A stretch of DNA of 64,000 bases from a virus. Below are positions 36,301 to 44,976 of the stretch, piece after piece. The stretch's first letter is position 1. Every line of letters begins with the position of its first letter. The notes beneath the pieces are model-generated. The model had not been told where the DNA came from, searched no databases, and was given only the letters and a program-made list of their open reading frames with translations. Position numbers and translations under genes: made by a program. Location of the stretch: the UHGV virus genome UHGV-0293664. One strand, given 5' to 3'.

Positions 36301-37213
36301 GGGTACAAAAATACAGGTGGACTCCGCAGGGAATAAATATGTTGCAGGTATCCAGTTGGGGATGGAAGGGTCTGGGGGCCAAGTTCAATCCTACTTCATG
36401 GTTAGCGCAAACAATTTTGCGGTATACAACCCCGGCAATGGAACAGCAACCCTTGCTTTCGCAATCAAGAACAACCAAGCGTTCTTGAAAGACGCTTTTA
36501 TAGAGAATGGCACGATCTCTTCTGCCAAGATCGCACAAGAAATTTCGTCAAACAACTACGATGGCAACGGGTACCATAAATACGGTTGGTATATTAACAA
36601 GAACGGGCACGCCCAATTTATGGATGTGTGGGTGAAAGGCAACATCAACGCCAGTTCTGGTAACTTCACAGGGGCAGTTAACGCCACTAGTGGTACCTTC
36701 CGTGGGGATGTTTATGCCAACAATGGTAGCTTTAGGGGCACCATAGATGCAACCGGAGGTACCTTCCGTGGGCGTGTAGAAGCTTCTGTTATCCGCGCTA
36801 ACCAGTTCGAAGGTGCAATTGTTGCACACAGGACTTACGGAGATTGTGCTCCAGTATATAACTCCCGGCAAAGGGTTTGCCGTTGGAGGTGGAGATATGT
36901 GGACAACGTGCAAGGCCAAGGTAAAAACGTAACATTCTTCTTTAAACTGAACGGTACTCGTGCCAACTCTCAACTAAATGCGTGGATAGCTGGTCACCAA
37001 CTACTTGCTGGCAAGAAGTACGGAAACGATAACGATGGCATGTGTGCAGTTGGGATAACAGGTCTAGGTGAACAAACTATAGACATTATTATCGAGATTT
37101 ACACACCATGGTCAACAGGGAACGTGACAGGCATTACAATATCTTGTCCTACAGTCGTTGTAAGTCGTTCTAACTCAAGTTTCCAAGGTCCTTGGAATGA
37201 GTCTCACGACTAA
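33374..37213 (+). CDS. lambda gpJ-like host specificity / central tail fibre protein
   Basis: Segments match lambda J as recalled: GYFAITLIPH vs GYFQITATPH, YYWYIRTTNAFGSSQFVE vs YYFYIRSVNTVGKSAFVE, YVAGIQLGMEG vs YVAGIGLSMED; four tandem coiled-coil repeats. Confidence 0.6.
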   Translation: MPIAMIDNIVASARSSSYDWNASKAALADSLNTVTTRTLDKIFEGNKSYRSQQDRQKLLRSSAAPCSVVYGKTRTSGLLAFLEQDRDRTLHCAIVLANHPLEGIEDILIDGNPISSYGDLVSWELHNDRKTSDPFMGTHCPSWSPDMIGRGISWLRASFRFDPNKFPFGLPNVTLVKVGKKCYDPRISKEVYTNNAALVILDYLRTYLKCPDETINWESFKEAANICDEAVKNADGTSERRYTINGEFDMDEAPASIMAEMLKACGADLSYVAGKYGLLVGAYYGPATMTLSEDCVCGEVKIYPEASFDKRSNTITGRFTSPTKGYSETDFPSVFVPEWIEKDGERKIIDIDYRFVTSPYQAQRVSAIFLRRARAGRIIEVTCNMRGFKFKPGRYVTMNLPSIGIVGQEMRVLEWEFTKKGGVKVKLRQDAKEWNDATGQLPDSGDVDIPISPSGVAQPQNFRYSVLQAGEITHGVLAWDNVGTYAQNIVQVRKNGEIVWTAQTVEQFVRVEGLTKGSYTATVVATSYKGGVSPEAYCEFNIQAPEAPVSVEVKQGYFAITLIPHSRDLASVSTQYDFWTSGMTRLPDTSDATVTSKATRMGVGSTWTSEGLQNDKVYYWYIRTTNAFGSSQFVECAARCYTSIEDLMPQIDAEFKKTETYKELMSTLDSSIEEVENRVTELNRYMDGRVDEAFQQLGDRIGAVVTETTQKFEDVNGNITALDRKLVAAQNKFTNDLNTESGRLASLIETTNKATTDLLNKKTEALDEKLVAAKGELVEQIEGVESGYLAGDKTLDGKINTQRTELDASILSTNQATVDLLNRTSETLDQKISQTNATVSKNYTTLDGKITTAKTDLNTLIANTNKATTDLLNQKTSALSEQITSARGEISTNKQAIDALDGKLTSTKTALDATISDTNKATVDLINGTASAIRQELAVAKQEIIDDVGDVSEIRAAVATTSKAVTDLEGKVNAQWGTKIQVDSAGNKYVAGIQLGMEGSGGQVQSYFMVSANNFAVYNPGNGTATLAFAIKNNQAFLKDAFIENGTISSAKIAQEISSNNYDGNGYHKYGWYINKNGHAQFMDVWVKGNINASSGNFTGAVNATSGTFRGDVYANNGSFRGTIDATGGTFRGRVEASVIRANQFEGAIVAHRTYGDCAPVYNSRQRVCRWRWRYVDNVQGQGKNVTFFFKLNGTRANSQLNAWIAGHQLLAGKKYGNDNDGMCAVGITGLGEQTIDIIIEIYTPWSTGNVTGITISCPTVVVSRSNSSFQGPWNESHD

Positions 37214-37220
37214 CAGTAAA

Positions 37221-37248
37221 GCCCCGCTTCGGCGGGGTTTATTTTTAT
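37221..37248 (+). terminator. intrinsic terminator with UUCG tetraloop
   Basis: gccccgc-ttcg-gcggggt followed by ttatttttat. Confidence 0.7.
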
Positions 37249-37255
37249 GCTCAGA

Positions 37256-37284
37256 TTGACTATTGTTACAAAATTTGGTAAAAT
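37256..37284 (+). promoter_or_regulatory. sigma70-type promoter with extended -10 (TTGACT-N17-TGgTAAAAT)
   Basis: TTGACT 37256-37261; TG 37276-37277; TAAAAT 37279-37284. Confidence 0.6.
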
Positions 37285-37317
37285 ACCTTGTAGAGATTTT
37301 CATACCGGAGGAGTGAC

Positions 37318-38808
37318 GTGGCTAAGTATGGATTGACAGAGGCTGGTTTCGTTATACCAACCCTAAATGACCTAATCGTTGAAACTAAGCAAAGCCTGAT
37401 CCGTGCTTTTGGCGAAAACTTCAACGTACAGAGTAACTCCGTTGCAGATAAGCTGACCACTATCTTCAACGAGCGAGAGTATCAACTTATTCTTATGGCA
37501 GCATCTGTATACGCATCACAGACGCTGTATGGGGCAGAAGGTATTTACCTGGATGAGCTTCTTGGAAGACAAGGTATTTACCGAAGAGGCCGTTCTAAAT
37601 CATCAGGTACCTGCCAGTTGACAATCAACACAACTGTGCCGTACAATATGATTTACGATTCCAAAACTTACACACTGGACAGTGGGAACTTTGTTCTTAG
37701 CAATGACGTGCAGGTAGCGGGAAATCTTATTGCTCATAGGATAAACGCTCCAGATCTAAGAATTGGGAAATACAACTTTCAAATTACCAACCAGACAGAT
37801 GGAAGTATCAAAACAAAAAGTCTGGTTTTAACAGATAAGGCTCTGGACTCTTCTGATCTGCCAAGCTTTTACGGAGAGATTAAGCAGTTCATTGTCGATA
37901 ATACAACCCTGTTGAACGACGATTTGATTCAGATCGATATGTTGACAGGAACGTTGTGGATAGGGTACAATTCGAATCTTGATCAAGTTGGACTTAATAG
38001 TAGAGTAGATTTCAGGGTATCCCCGATTGTAGGGGAAAGAACTATTACCCTGGATGTTATCGCTAACGAGGCTGGTGAGCTGTCAAGAGAGGCAGAAACC
38101 GTGACAACAATGTCGCCTACTCCCAGCGGATTTATCAAACTCACCAACCGAGAAAGATTCAATGAGGGTAGGGATGTTGAGAAAGACTCAGAGTATCGCT
38201 TAAGAGCTTCCAGCACAAAACAGTTAACATCTAAGGCTACCCGTCCTGCAATCCTTAGCGCTGTAAGCGAGGTGAAAGGTGTTGAGAAAGTGAGAGTGTT
38301 CTCCAACAACACCGATAAAACTGATGCTAAAGGTATACCTCCTTACAAGTTCCAAGTGGTTGTGTTTGGTGGTGCAACGGAAGACATTTGCCAAGCACTT
38401 TACCAAACTATAGCCTGCACGAACAGGACTTATGGTAATATTTTCTACGATGTCACTACATCTGACGGTCAAACTGAAAGAATTTATTACTCCAAGGCAA
38501 ATACCTACCGCCTAGATGTAAGAATTACCTACTCCGGTGCTGCGCTTTCCACAACCGAAAAAGATGCCATTACAGAGGCCCTTTTGCATGTTGTTAACGG
38601 ACTAGATGTTGCAGATACGTTGTACAATATCCAATTGGTCGGTGCTGCATCTGCTGCTGTGTCGATAGGCAGATTTAATAGACTGGTAATTCAAGTTAAA
38701 CCAGTAGGAGCTTCTGATGAAGCTTACACTACAAACGATATTGTTGCGAACATGACCGAGGTGTTTGACCTCGACGAAAGTAATATAACTTTCCAACAAA
38801 CTATTTAA
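37318..38808 (+). CDS. baseplate/tail structural protein (possibly baseplate J-like)
   Basis: 496-aa ORF with GTG start after RBS GGAGGAG; by size and context only. Confidence 0.3.
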   Translation: MAKYGLTEAGFVIPTLNDLIVETKQSLIRAFGENFNVQSNSVADKLTTIFNEREYQLILMAASVYASQTLYGAEGIYLDELLGRQGIYRRGRSKSSGTCQLTINTTVPYNMIYDSKTYTLDSGNFVLSNDVQVAGNLIAHRINAPDLRIGKYNFQITNQTDGSIKTKSLVLTDKALDSSDLPSFYGEIKQFIVDNTTLLNDDLIQIDMLTGTLWIGYNSNLDQVGLNSRVDFRVSPIVGERTITLDVIANEAGELSREAETVTTMSPTPSGFIKLTNRERFNEGRDVEKDSEYRLRASSTKQLTSKATRPAILSAVSEVKGVEKVRVFSNNTDKTDAKGIPPYKFQVVVFGGATEDICQALYQTIACTNRTYGNIFYDVTTSDGQTERIYYSKANTYRLDVRITYSGAALSTTEKDAITEALLHVVNGLDVADTLYNIQLVGAASAAVSIGRFNRLVIQVKPVGASDEAYTTNDIVANMTEVFDLDESNITFQQTI

Positions 38809-38819
38809 GGCGGCGAGAT

Positions 38820-39506
38820 ATGGCAGAGATTAAGTCGGATGTTAACCACATCCACACTCTGCCAGATTTTGTTCAGGGAGGTCTTGACTACCTGCCTGGA
38901 GATTTTCTGGCTGAGAAGGTTAATTTAGTCACATTCTTAACCGTGTACCTTAAAAGGTTGGAGGATGTTGATAAGATGCTGGTAGGTTTGGCTGAAGGAA
39001 GATTGCTTAACAATGCCAGCGGAAGATACCTTGACGAGGTTGGTAATCAACTTGGTATTCTTAGGAATGGACTTTCAGATGCTGATTTTCGTGCCACACT
39101 AATTATTCAGCAGGCCGCAGCATCAAGGGGCGGGACTCGCGAAGATGTCATCTCCACCTTGCGACAATTGTTCGGAAGAGACAATTTCGATACGTGGAAA
39201 GGAGACAACTTCCGGTTTGACATAAATATTAGAAAAACTTGCTTTGACATATTGCAGTCTATCGATCAGATCTTAGATATGCTACCATTGCCTTGTCATT
39301 TGCGTCTTACAGAATCGCAAGGGCAAGCTTTTGGTTTTGAAGGGGACTCTACAGCTCTTGGCTTCGGATCAGTGTGGGAAGAAAACCAATTCGGAGTTGG
39401 TGGGCTGGCTACTTTGCTGTATGTTCCTGACGTAAGACCTGATTGGGACACCACAACCATTTATTGTGAAAGTATTACAGTAAACGCAACTAGACAGGAG
39501 GGTTAA
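38820..39506 (+). CDS. hypothetical baseplate/tail protein
   Basis: 228-aa ORF coupled to the flanking genes. Confidence 0.3.
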   Translation: MAEIKSDVNHIHTLPDFVQGGLDYLPGDFLAEKVNLVTFLTVYLKRLEDVDKMLVGLAEGRLLNNASGRYLDEVGNQLGILRNGLSDADFRATLIIQQAAASRGGTREDVISTLRQLFGRDNFDTWKGDNFRFDINIRKTCFDILQSIDQILDMLPLPCHLRLTESQGQAFGFEGDSTALGFGSVWEENQFGVGGLATLLYVPDVRPDWDTTTIYCESITVNATRQEG

Positions 39507-41578
39507 TGGCAACAGCTGTTTTTAAACCTTACCGTGATTACTCTACAATGGCTGCACAGTTTCATTACCGCACAGTTCAGGATACTGCCGTTCCTGGTAG
39601 GGATTATGATCATGTTGAGGGCGATGTAACTATCCCAGTCGGGGCAACCAGTATTGAGATTCCGGTGGAAATTGTTGACAAATTGCCCAACAGATTGCCA
39701 AGAAGCTTCTTTATGGAGTTTTCATCAAAATCTCAAGGGGTGATGATTGGGACACAAAGGGCGAAATGTACAATAGTTTCAGATGAGAATCTTGACAGGA
39801 TATCTTGGGATACTGTCGAGGAGAGAATGTTCCACCCAAGATATTGGGTTACAAATACTCAGCAGACTGAAAGTACCTGTATTGTTGCAGATAACAACTG
39901 TTGTATTAACCGTTTAGTGTCAAGAACATATGGAGGTGTGGCTGGGTGCATTTGGGAAACAGTTGACAAGTATGACCATTTCGGTATTGGGTTTGATGAT
40001 CACTATGAGATGAGAAACACCAAGCTTTGGTTCAGAATGTCAATAACCAACGCCAGCAACTTCTCCACTCCTGAAAAGATGATTATGACTGTAGACCTTG
40101 TTGATGGCACAATCATCTATGTTCCTTTAGCTCAATATGCTGTCAGCATCTCAGAGGATAAGAATGTTGCAGAAATTCATATTGATTTTGAGGACTGCGT
40201 CGGGATGGACCAGAACAACAACATGATGGGTGTTGATCCTCGGCAGGTGAGAAGGATTTTAATACCGCTCATGCCTAAAGACTGGGTAAGTAATAGCACA
40301 GACCCGAGAACGGAAAATGTAGAGTGTGAGTTGCGCCTAGATTTGCTTCAGCCAGACACAGGCTGGAAAATGATGCAACTTAACAATATTCAGGTGAGAG
40401 AGCACGACGTTGGGATCTGCACCGCATATGACGATATGTGGAACGTATCTCCTTTAAGGGTGTTGAACAATATCAAGCGTCTGGGCTATACCGGAACCAT
40501 AAACCATTATGTTGGTATGAGTCATTATTATGACTACACATGGTCAGGAACCCAATGGTCTATAAACAGAACAGGAGCGCTAAACGCTGCAGCTTATAAA
40601 TGGCATGATGATTTTATGTACAATGCCAAACGACATAACTTCGACGTTATGCAATCTGTAAGTTTTGAGCTTTTCAGCGATGCCTGCCCGTTGGAATGGA
40701 CCCAAAGAGACTGGAACGATAACTATGCTAAAACAGGCTATACGCCTTGTAGTTACCTCCTATCTCCAACCATTGAAGAGGGTATGAATTTCCTTACTGC
40801 AGTATTTAAGAATTTTGCATCAGCCGCTATGAGAAACAATCTGCCAGTGATTATGCAGATTGGTGAACCGTGGTGGTGGTTCAATACCGATACTCGTAAG
40901 CCTTGTATTTATGACTACCCTACAAAACAGGCGTTTTATGATGAGACTGGTGAATATGCACTAGACATTGGGACTATTGACGATCCTAAAACTGGCGGTG
41001 TTTATGACAAGTATGTAGCATTTTGTCGTGGTAAGCTTGGCGCTCGTATTGCGGCTATTTCAAAGGCAATAAAGGCACACGCTGCATCAGCTCAGATGAC
41101 AGCTCTGCTGTTTTTCCCAACCATTATGGAAACCGAGCTTACGCAAAAGCTGAACCTTGCTGACCAATATAAAAAAGAAGCAGGTGCTCTTGATTTCTTC
41201 TGCACTGAGTGCTACGATTGGGTGATGCAGGGAGGTATTGAAAAGGCAAAAGAGTCTGTAAACATACCTATCGTTAAGTTAGGTTGGCAACCGTCTGAAA
41301 TACAATACCTTGCAGGGTTCGTTCCTAGCAAAGAGCTTGCTCCGGTATATGGCTACGACCCAACCAGGAATTACCAAGAATTTTTATGGAGATGTATCTG
41401 CGGAAACATGGCAACCATAGAGTATAGATACCCTGAGGTAAAACAGTATGTGTGGGCATACCCGCAAGTAATGTCTGACAGCATCACTGTTACCGCTAGG
41501 GATTCTACCGTGCTTCATATAGGGCAGGTTGCTCTGAAAGGGTATGTAGAAGATGTTGTCCCGCCAGACTTCTCATAA
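39506..41578 (+). CDS. tail protein with N-terminal Calx-beta-like domain
   Basis: N-terminal RDYDHVEGDVTIPVGATSIEIPVEIVDK resembles the Calx-beta motif; 690 aa, Trp-rich C-terminal part of unknown function. Confidence 0.35.
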   Translation: MATAVFKPYRDYSTMAAQFHYRTVQDTAVPGRDYDHVEGDVTIPVGATSIEIPVEIVDKLPNRLPRSFFMEFSSKSQGVMIGTQRAKCTIVSDENLDRISWDTVEERMFHPRYWVTNTQQTESTCIVADNNCCINRLVSRTYGGVAGCIWETVDKYDHFGIGFDDHYEMRNTKLWFRMSITNASNFSTPEKMIMTVDLVDGTIIYVPLAQYAVSISEDKNVAEIHIDFEDCVGMDQNNNMMGVDPRQVRRILIPLMPKDWVSNSTDPRTENVECELRLDLLQPDTGWKMMQLNNIQVREHDVGICTAYDDMWNVSPLRVLNNIKRLGYTGTINHYVGMSHYYDYTWSGTQWSINRTGALNAAAYKWHDDFMYNAKRHNFDVMQSVSFELFSDACPLEWTQRDWNDNYAKTGYTPCSYLLSPTIEEGMNFLTAVFKNFASAAMRNNLPVIMQIGEPWWWFNTDTRKPCIYDYPTKQAFYDETGEYALDIGTIDDPKTGGVYDKYVAFCRGKLGARIAAISKAIKAHAASAQMTALLFFPTIMETELTQKLNLADQYKKEAGALDFFCTECYDWVMQGGIEKAKESVNIPIVKLGWQPSEIQYLAGFVPSKELAPVYGYDPTRNYQEFLWRCICGNMATIEYRYPEVKQYVWAYPQVMSDSITVTARDSTVLHIGQVALKGYVEDVVPPDFS

Positions 41579-41590
41579 TCAGGAGATAAA

Positions 41591-42631
41591 ATGTCAAAAC
41601 CTAGTTTTCCATTAGAGATTTGGGCAGAGGAGGATCAGGTTCTGCCTAACACCCACAGACAGAACAGGCTACGCCCGATTGATGATTTGTGGAGAAAAGG
41701 TTGGGATCTTGGTCAAAAGCCATCCTGTGAAGAACTTAACTATATTTTCAATATGCTCGGGACTTGGGCAAAATACATTGCTGACGAGCAGATCCCCGCT
41801 CAAGAAGGCCGCTATCTGGTACGTGATAATAACTTGAGTGATCTTTTAAACATCCCTGTTGCCCGTAGAAACCTTGGAATTATTACTAAGGAAGAGGCAG
41901 ACGCCAGGTATGTAAAAGTTACAGGTGATACAATGACAGGCCCATTGGGTTTGCAACGTATCAACTTTAAAGCTGCCGAGACAGATAAGGCTTGGATAGA
42001 GACAACTATTGGCCCAGATAAGACAACTCTTGACTTTGGGTTAAGTGATAATATTGGGGCGTTCGATGATGGTGGCACATCTACAGTGGATGCGTTCCGT
42101 TGGAGATTCCAGCCAACTCAGCCGGACATTAATCCAGAGTTCACTTTAATGTACCTGAACGCAATCACGGCTAATCGTGCGTTGTTGAAAGTGGTGGGCA
42201 ATGTTGAAGTTGTTGATAACATGCGGTGTAATAACCTCACCATTAGTAGCACAGCAACATTCACTAACTGCAATGTAGCCAGTCAGTTGACAGCTGGGTC
42301 AGTATATGTCAATGGCGGTGCAAGTTGTGATAGTATGGTTGTAAGAAGCCAGCATTGTGTTGTCGGTAACAGAAATGTGGTGCGCTCTGTGAATGGAGTG
42401 ACGGCTAACGGCAACGGCGATGTAACGATCACCATCCCACAGACAGGTGTACAGGATATCAGAATCGGTGCAAGACTTGTTGATGGCGTTTCTGAATCTC
42501 CAATCCGCAACGGATACGTTGTCACAGGTTGGCATTTTGGTGACAAAAAAGAGATGCGTGGTTCAACTTACTGGGCAGGACCTTTACAAAAACTTGTAAA
42601 TGGTCAATGGATCACTGTTAATTATGCATAG
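41591..42631 (+). CDS. tail fibre protein, paralog 1
   Basis: 346 aa; paralogous along its whole length to 43646..44689; followed by a Tfa-like gene. Confidence 0.5.
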   Translation: MSKPSFPLEIWAEEDQVLPNTHRQNRLRPIDDLWRKGWDLGQKPSCEELNYIFNMLGTWAKYIADEQIPAQEGRYLVRDNNLSDLLNIPVARRNLGIITKEEADARYVKVTGDTMTGPLGLQRINFKAAETDKAWIETTIGPDKTTLDFGLSDNIGAFDDGGTSTVDAFRWRFQPTQPDINPEFTLMYLNAITANRALLKVVGNVEVVDNMRCNNLTISSTATFTNCNVASQLTAGSVYVNGGASCDSMVVRSQHCVVGNRNVVRSVNGVTANGNGDVTITIPQTGVQDIRIGARLVDGVSESPIRNGYVVTGWHFGDKKEMRGSTYWAGPLQKLVNGQWITVNYA

Positions 42632-42645
42632 ATCGGAGGACTAGC

Positions 42646-43230
42646 ATGAAAATACTTCAAGAGTTTAAACTTTACCAACCGGGATCTGGCGAATACCACG
42701 CCAACAAGGAAACCAAGGAGCTGACCCCTCAAGAGGTTGAGGACTACACCGCATACACTGGGTATTTTTTACGTAATGATGATGGCGATTGGTATGTGCA
42801 GTCACGAACATTACGACAAGAAAATCCGGGTTGTATCTTCCTACTTGTTGACGAGAAAGGAATTCTTAAGACATCTACAGAAGAACCTGATGCCTTATGG
42901 CCTGCTCCAGGTCTTCGTGTGGTTATCGCCAAAAAAGAAGAGGTACCAGAAAACATTATGCTTCACCACGACGCTTTGCGTTTAGTTGGTGATGAATTTG
43001 TCACAGATAATGAATTCTTTGTTCAACAGGCAGAGGGTGTCATAGAGACAGAACTTGCTTGGGCTACTGCTAGACTTGGTGCCTATCAAGACATGATTGA
43101 CCTTGAATATGATCTTACTGATGACCAGAAACGTAACATCAGAGATTTGAAAATGTACAGGGTAAAACTTCTTGAAATAGATACATCTAAAGCCCCTGAC
43201 ATTTTCTTCCCGGAGCGACCTACCCTCTAA
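42646..43230 (+). CDS. tail fibre assembly protein (Tfa-like chaperone)
   Basis: C-terminal LLEIDTSKAPDIFFPERP resembles the conserved Tfa C-terminal motif; sits directly downstream of a fibre gene. Confidence 0.55.
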   Translation: MKILQEFKLYQPGSGEYHANKETKELTPQEVEDYTAYTGYFLRNDDGDWYVQSRTLRQENPGCIFLLVDEKGILKTSTEEPDALWPAPGLRVVIAKKEEVPENIMLHHDALRLVGDEFVTDNEFFVQQAEGVIETELAWATARLGAYQDMIDLEYDLTDDQKRNIRDLKMYRVKLLEIDTSKAPDIFFPERPTL

Positions 43231-43241
43231 GAGGAGGTGTT

Positions 43242-43556
43242 GTGGAGTTGGATTTGGCGGCATTGTACGGTATCTGTATGGGTACCGTTGTCCCGATCTG
43301 TGTATGGGCTTTCAACCAGTGGCACACCAAATGGAAAGGCATTTCCCAGAGGTTGGATGAACTGGAGAAAGACCTCATCTTAGTGAAAAATAGTATGGTT
43401 ACAAAAGATAGACTTGATTCCGTTATCGAGACCCGGTTAAGCAAGCTAGAGGCCGATATTAACGACCTTAAGCAGGATGTCAGGACAGATGTCTCCGGCA
43501 TCCGAGCTGATGTACAAAAGATTTTGCACATGCTCGTAGAGCATAGTAAAAGGTAA
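43242..43556 (+). CDS. small membrane-anchored coiled-coil protein
   Basis: GTG start; N-terminal hydrophobic segment then heptad-like LDELEKDL...LSKLEADINDLKQDV. Confidence 0.3.
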   Translation: MELDLAALYGICMGTVVPICVWAFNQWHTKWKGISQRLDELEKDLILVKNSMVTKDRLDSVIETRLSKLEADINDLKQDVRTDVSGIRADVQKILHMLVEHSKR

Positions 43557-43565
43557 ACAAAGGTC

Positions 43566-43597
43566 AGAACGGAAAGGACTCCGTTCTTGCATTTTGT
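43566..43597 (+). terminator. intrinsic terminator
   Basis: agaacgg-aaaggact-ccgttct followed by tgcattttgtt. Confidence 0.55.
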
Positions 43598-43615
43598 TCT
43601 CTAAAGTGTTAAAAT
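43587..43615 (+). promoter_or_regulatory. sigma70-type promoter with extended -10 (TTGCAT-N17-TGtTAAAAT)
   Basis: TTGCAT 43587-43592; TG 43607-43608; TAAAAT 43610-43615. Confidence 0.5.
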
Positions 43616-43645
43616 AGTCCTAAGGAATTTTCTCAGGAGAACGCG

Positions 43646-44689
43646 ATGACTAAACCAGTTATCCCTCTTGATATTTGGGCCAATCAGGATGTTGTGCTTG
43701 AAAATACGGGAGAGTTGAATAAATCTCAACCAAAAAAAGAAGAGAGATTGAAAGGTTGGGATATGACACAAAGAATGGCATGTGAAGTTGTTAACTTTGA
43801 ACTTCACATGCTTTCTGCGTGGTTGAAGCATTTAACAGAAGATGTTGTCCCAGGATGGGATAATAGATTCTTAAGGGTCACTAATAACCTAGCAGACGTT
43901 CCAGACAAAGCTGCTGCACGTCAAGTTCTCAATGTATACTCACCTGAAGAAATGGACGATCTATATGTTGACAAGTCTGGAGACATAATGACTCAGACTC
44001 AAACTTTAGGTCTTCAAAGAATCGAGTTTGCATCTGCGTCAACAGACAGTGCGGCAATATACACCACCATAACTCCAGACAAGACGACGATGGATTTCTG
44101 GATTATGGACAACATCGGTGGTGCTGACGGCACAGACCTTGATGATCCTTCTCACCAAATAGACGGGTTCCGTTGGAGATTTCAACCTTCTGGTGGGCAG
44201 CCTGTGTTTTCGGCTATGAAGCTCAATGCTATAACTGCCAACCGTGCAAGACTGGCTATCCAAGGAAATCTTGAATGTAACGATGCAAAAAGTTCCTCTG
44301 CAAATGCCAATGCGGTCACGATACCAAGAGCCACTGTTAACGGACAACAATCCTGCGGAAGCGCTCAAATAGGTGGAAGAGTTGATTGTAACGATGAAAC
44401 CGTTAGGGGCCAATATGCAACCGTTGGTGGAAGAAACGTGGTCCGCAGGGTAAATGGTAACAGCGCAGACGGTAGTGGTAACCTTACTATCCCTATGCCT
44501 AGCAGAGGGGTTGATGATGTAAGGATAGCGAACCGTTTCAAAACCACCTACAGAGAGTCAAGAGTCTACCCTGGACATGTGATGTGCTCTGGTAACTACG
44601 CCTATAAACACCCTTATCAAGGTGATTACTGGACAGGTGCTATCCAAAAACTTGTAAATGGTCAATGGATCACTATATCTTATGCTTAA
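43646..44689 (+). CDS. tail fibre protein, paralog 2
   Basis: 347 aa; shares the N-terminal P(L/I)(E/D)IWA..D.VL.NT pattern and C-terminal QKLVNGQWIT(V/I).YA with 41591..42631. Confidence 0.5.
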   Translation: MTKPVIPLDIWANQDVVLENTGELNKSQPKKEERLKGWDMTQRMACEVVNFELHMLSAWLKHLTEDVVPGWDNRFLRVTNNLADVPDKAAARQVLNVYSPEEMDDLYVDKSGDIMTQTQTLGLQRIEFASASTDSAAIYTTITPDKTTMDFWIMDNIGGADGTDLDDPSHQIDGFRWRFQPSGGQPVFSAMKLNAITANRARLAIQGNLECNDAKSSSANANAVTIPRATVNGQQSCGSAQIGGRVDCNDETVRGQYATVGGRNVVRRVNGNSADGSGNLTIPMPSRGVDDVRIANRFKTTYRESRVYPGHVMCSGNYAYKHPYQGDYWTGAIQKLVNGQWITISYA

Positions 44690-44700
44690 AAAGAGGGTAA

Positions 44701-44967
44701 ATGAAACTAACTCAGTTTTTATGGGGACTGGTTGCGGCATCTGATGACCCTACGAAAGTGTCCCAATCTAAGCTATGGTCGAACATAGGTATGGCGGTGA
44801 TGACTGGGGTGTTTATTCATATGGGGTATAATGATACGCTTCCTGAATGGTATGCGTGGATATACGCGCCTTCAGTAGCTTGCCCCCAGCTTATTAGCAA
44901 ATTCATCTCGCTCCGGTGGGGTTGCCAGCACCCTGACCACGTTAAAAACGAAGAGCAAAAAGCTTAA
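44701..44967 (+). CDS. small hydrophobic protein downstream of fibre paralog 2
   Basis: 88-aa ORF with two hydrophobic segments. Confidence 0.3.
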   Translation: MKLTQFLWGLVAASDDPTKVSQSKLWSNIGMAVMTGVFIHMGYNDTLPEWYAWIYAPSVACPQLISKFISLRWGCQHPDHVKNEEQKA

Positions 44968-44976
44968 GGAGAAATC

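Noticed and set aside
41591-44967. Invertible fibre-switching segment (Mu G / P1 C type)
   Set aside because: Both fibre paralogs are on the same strand, with no flanking inverted crossover repeats and no invertase gene in the window
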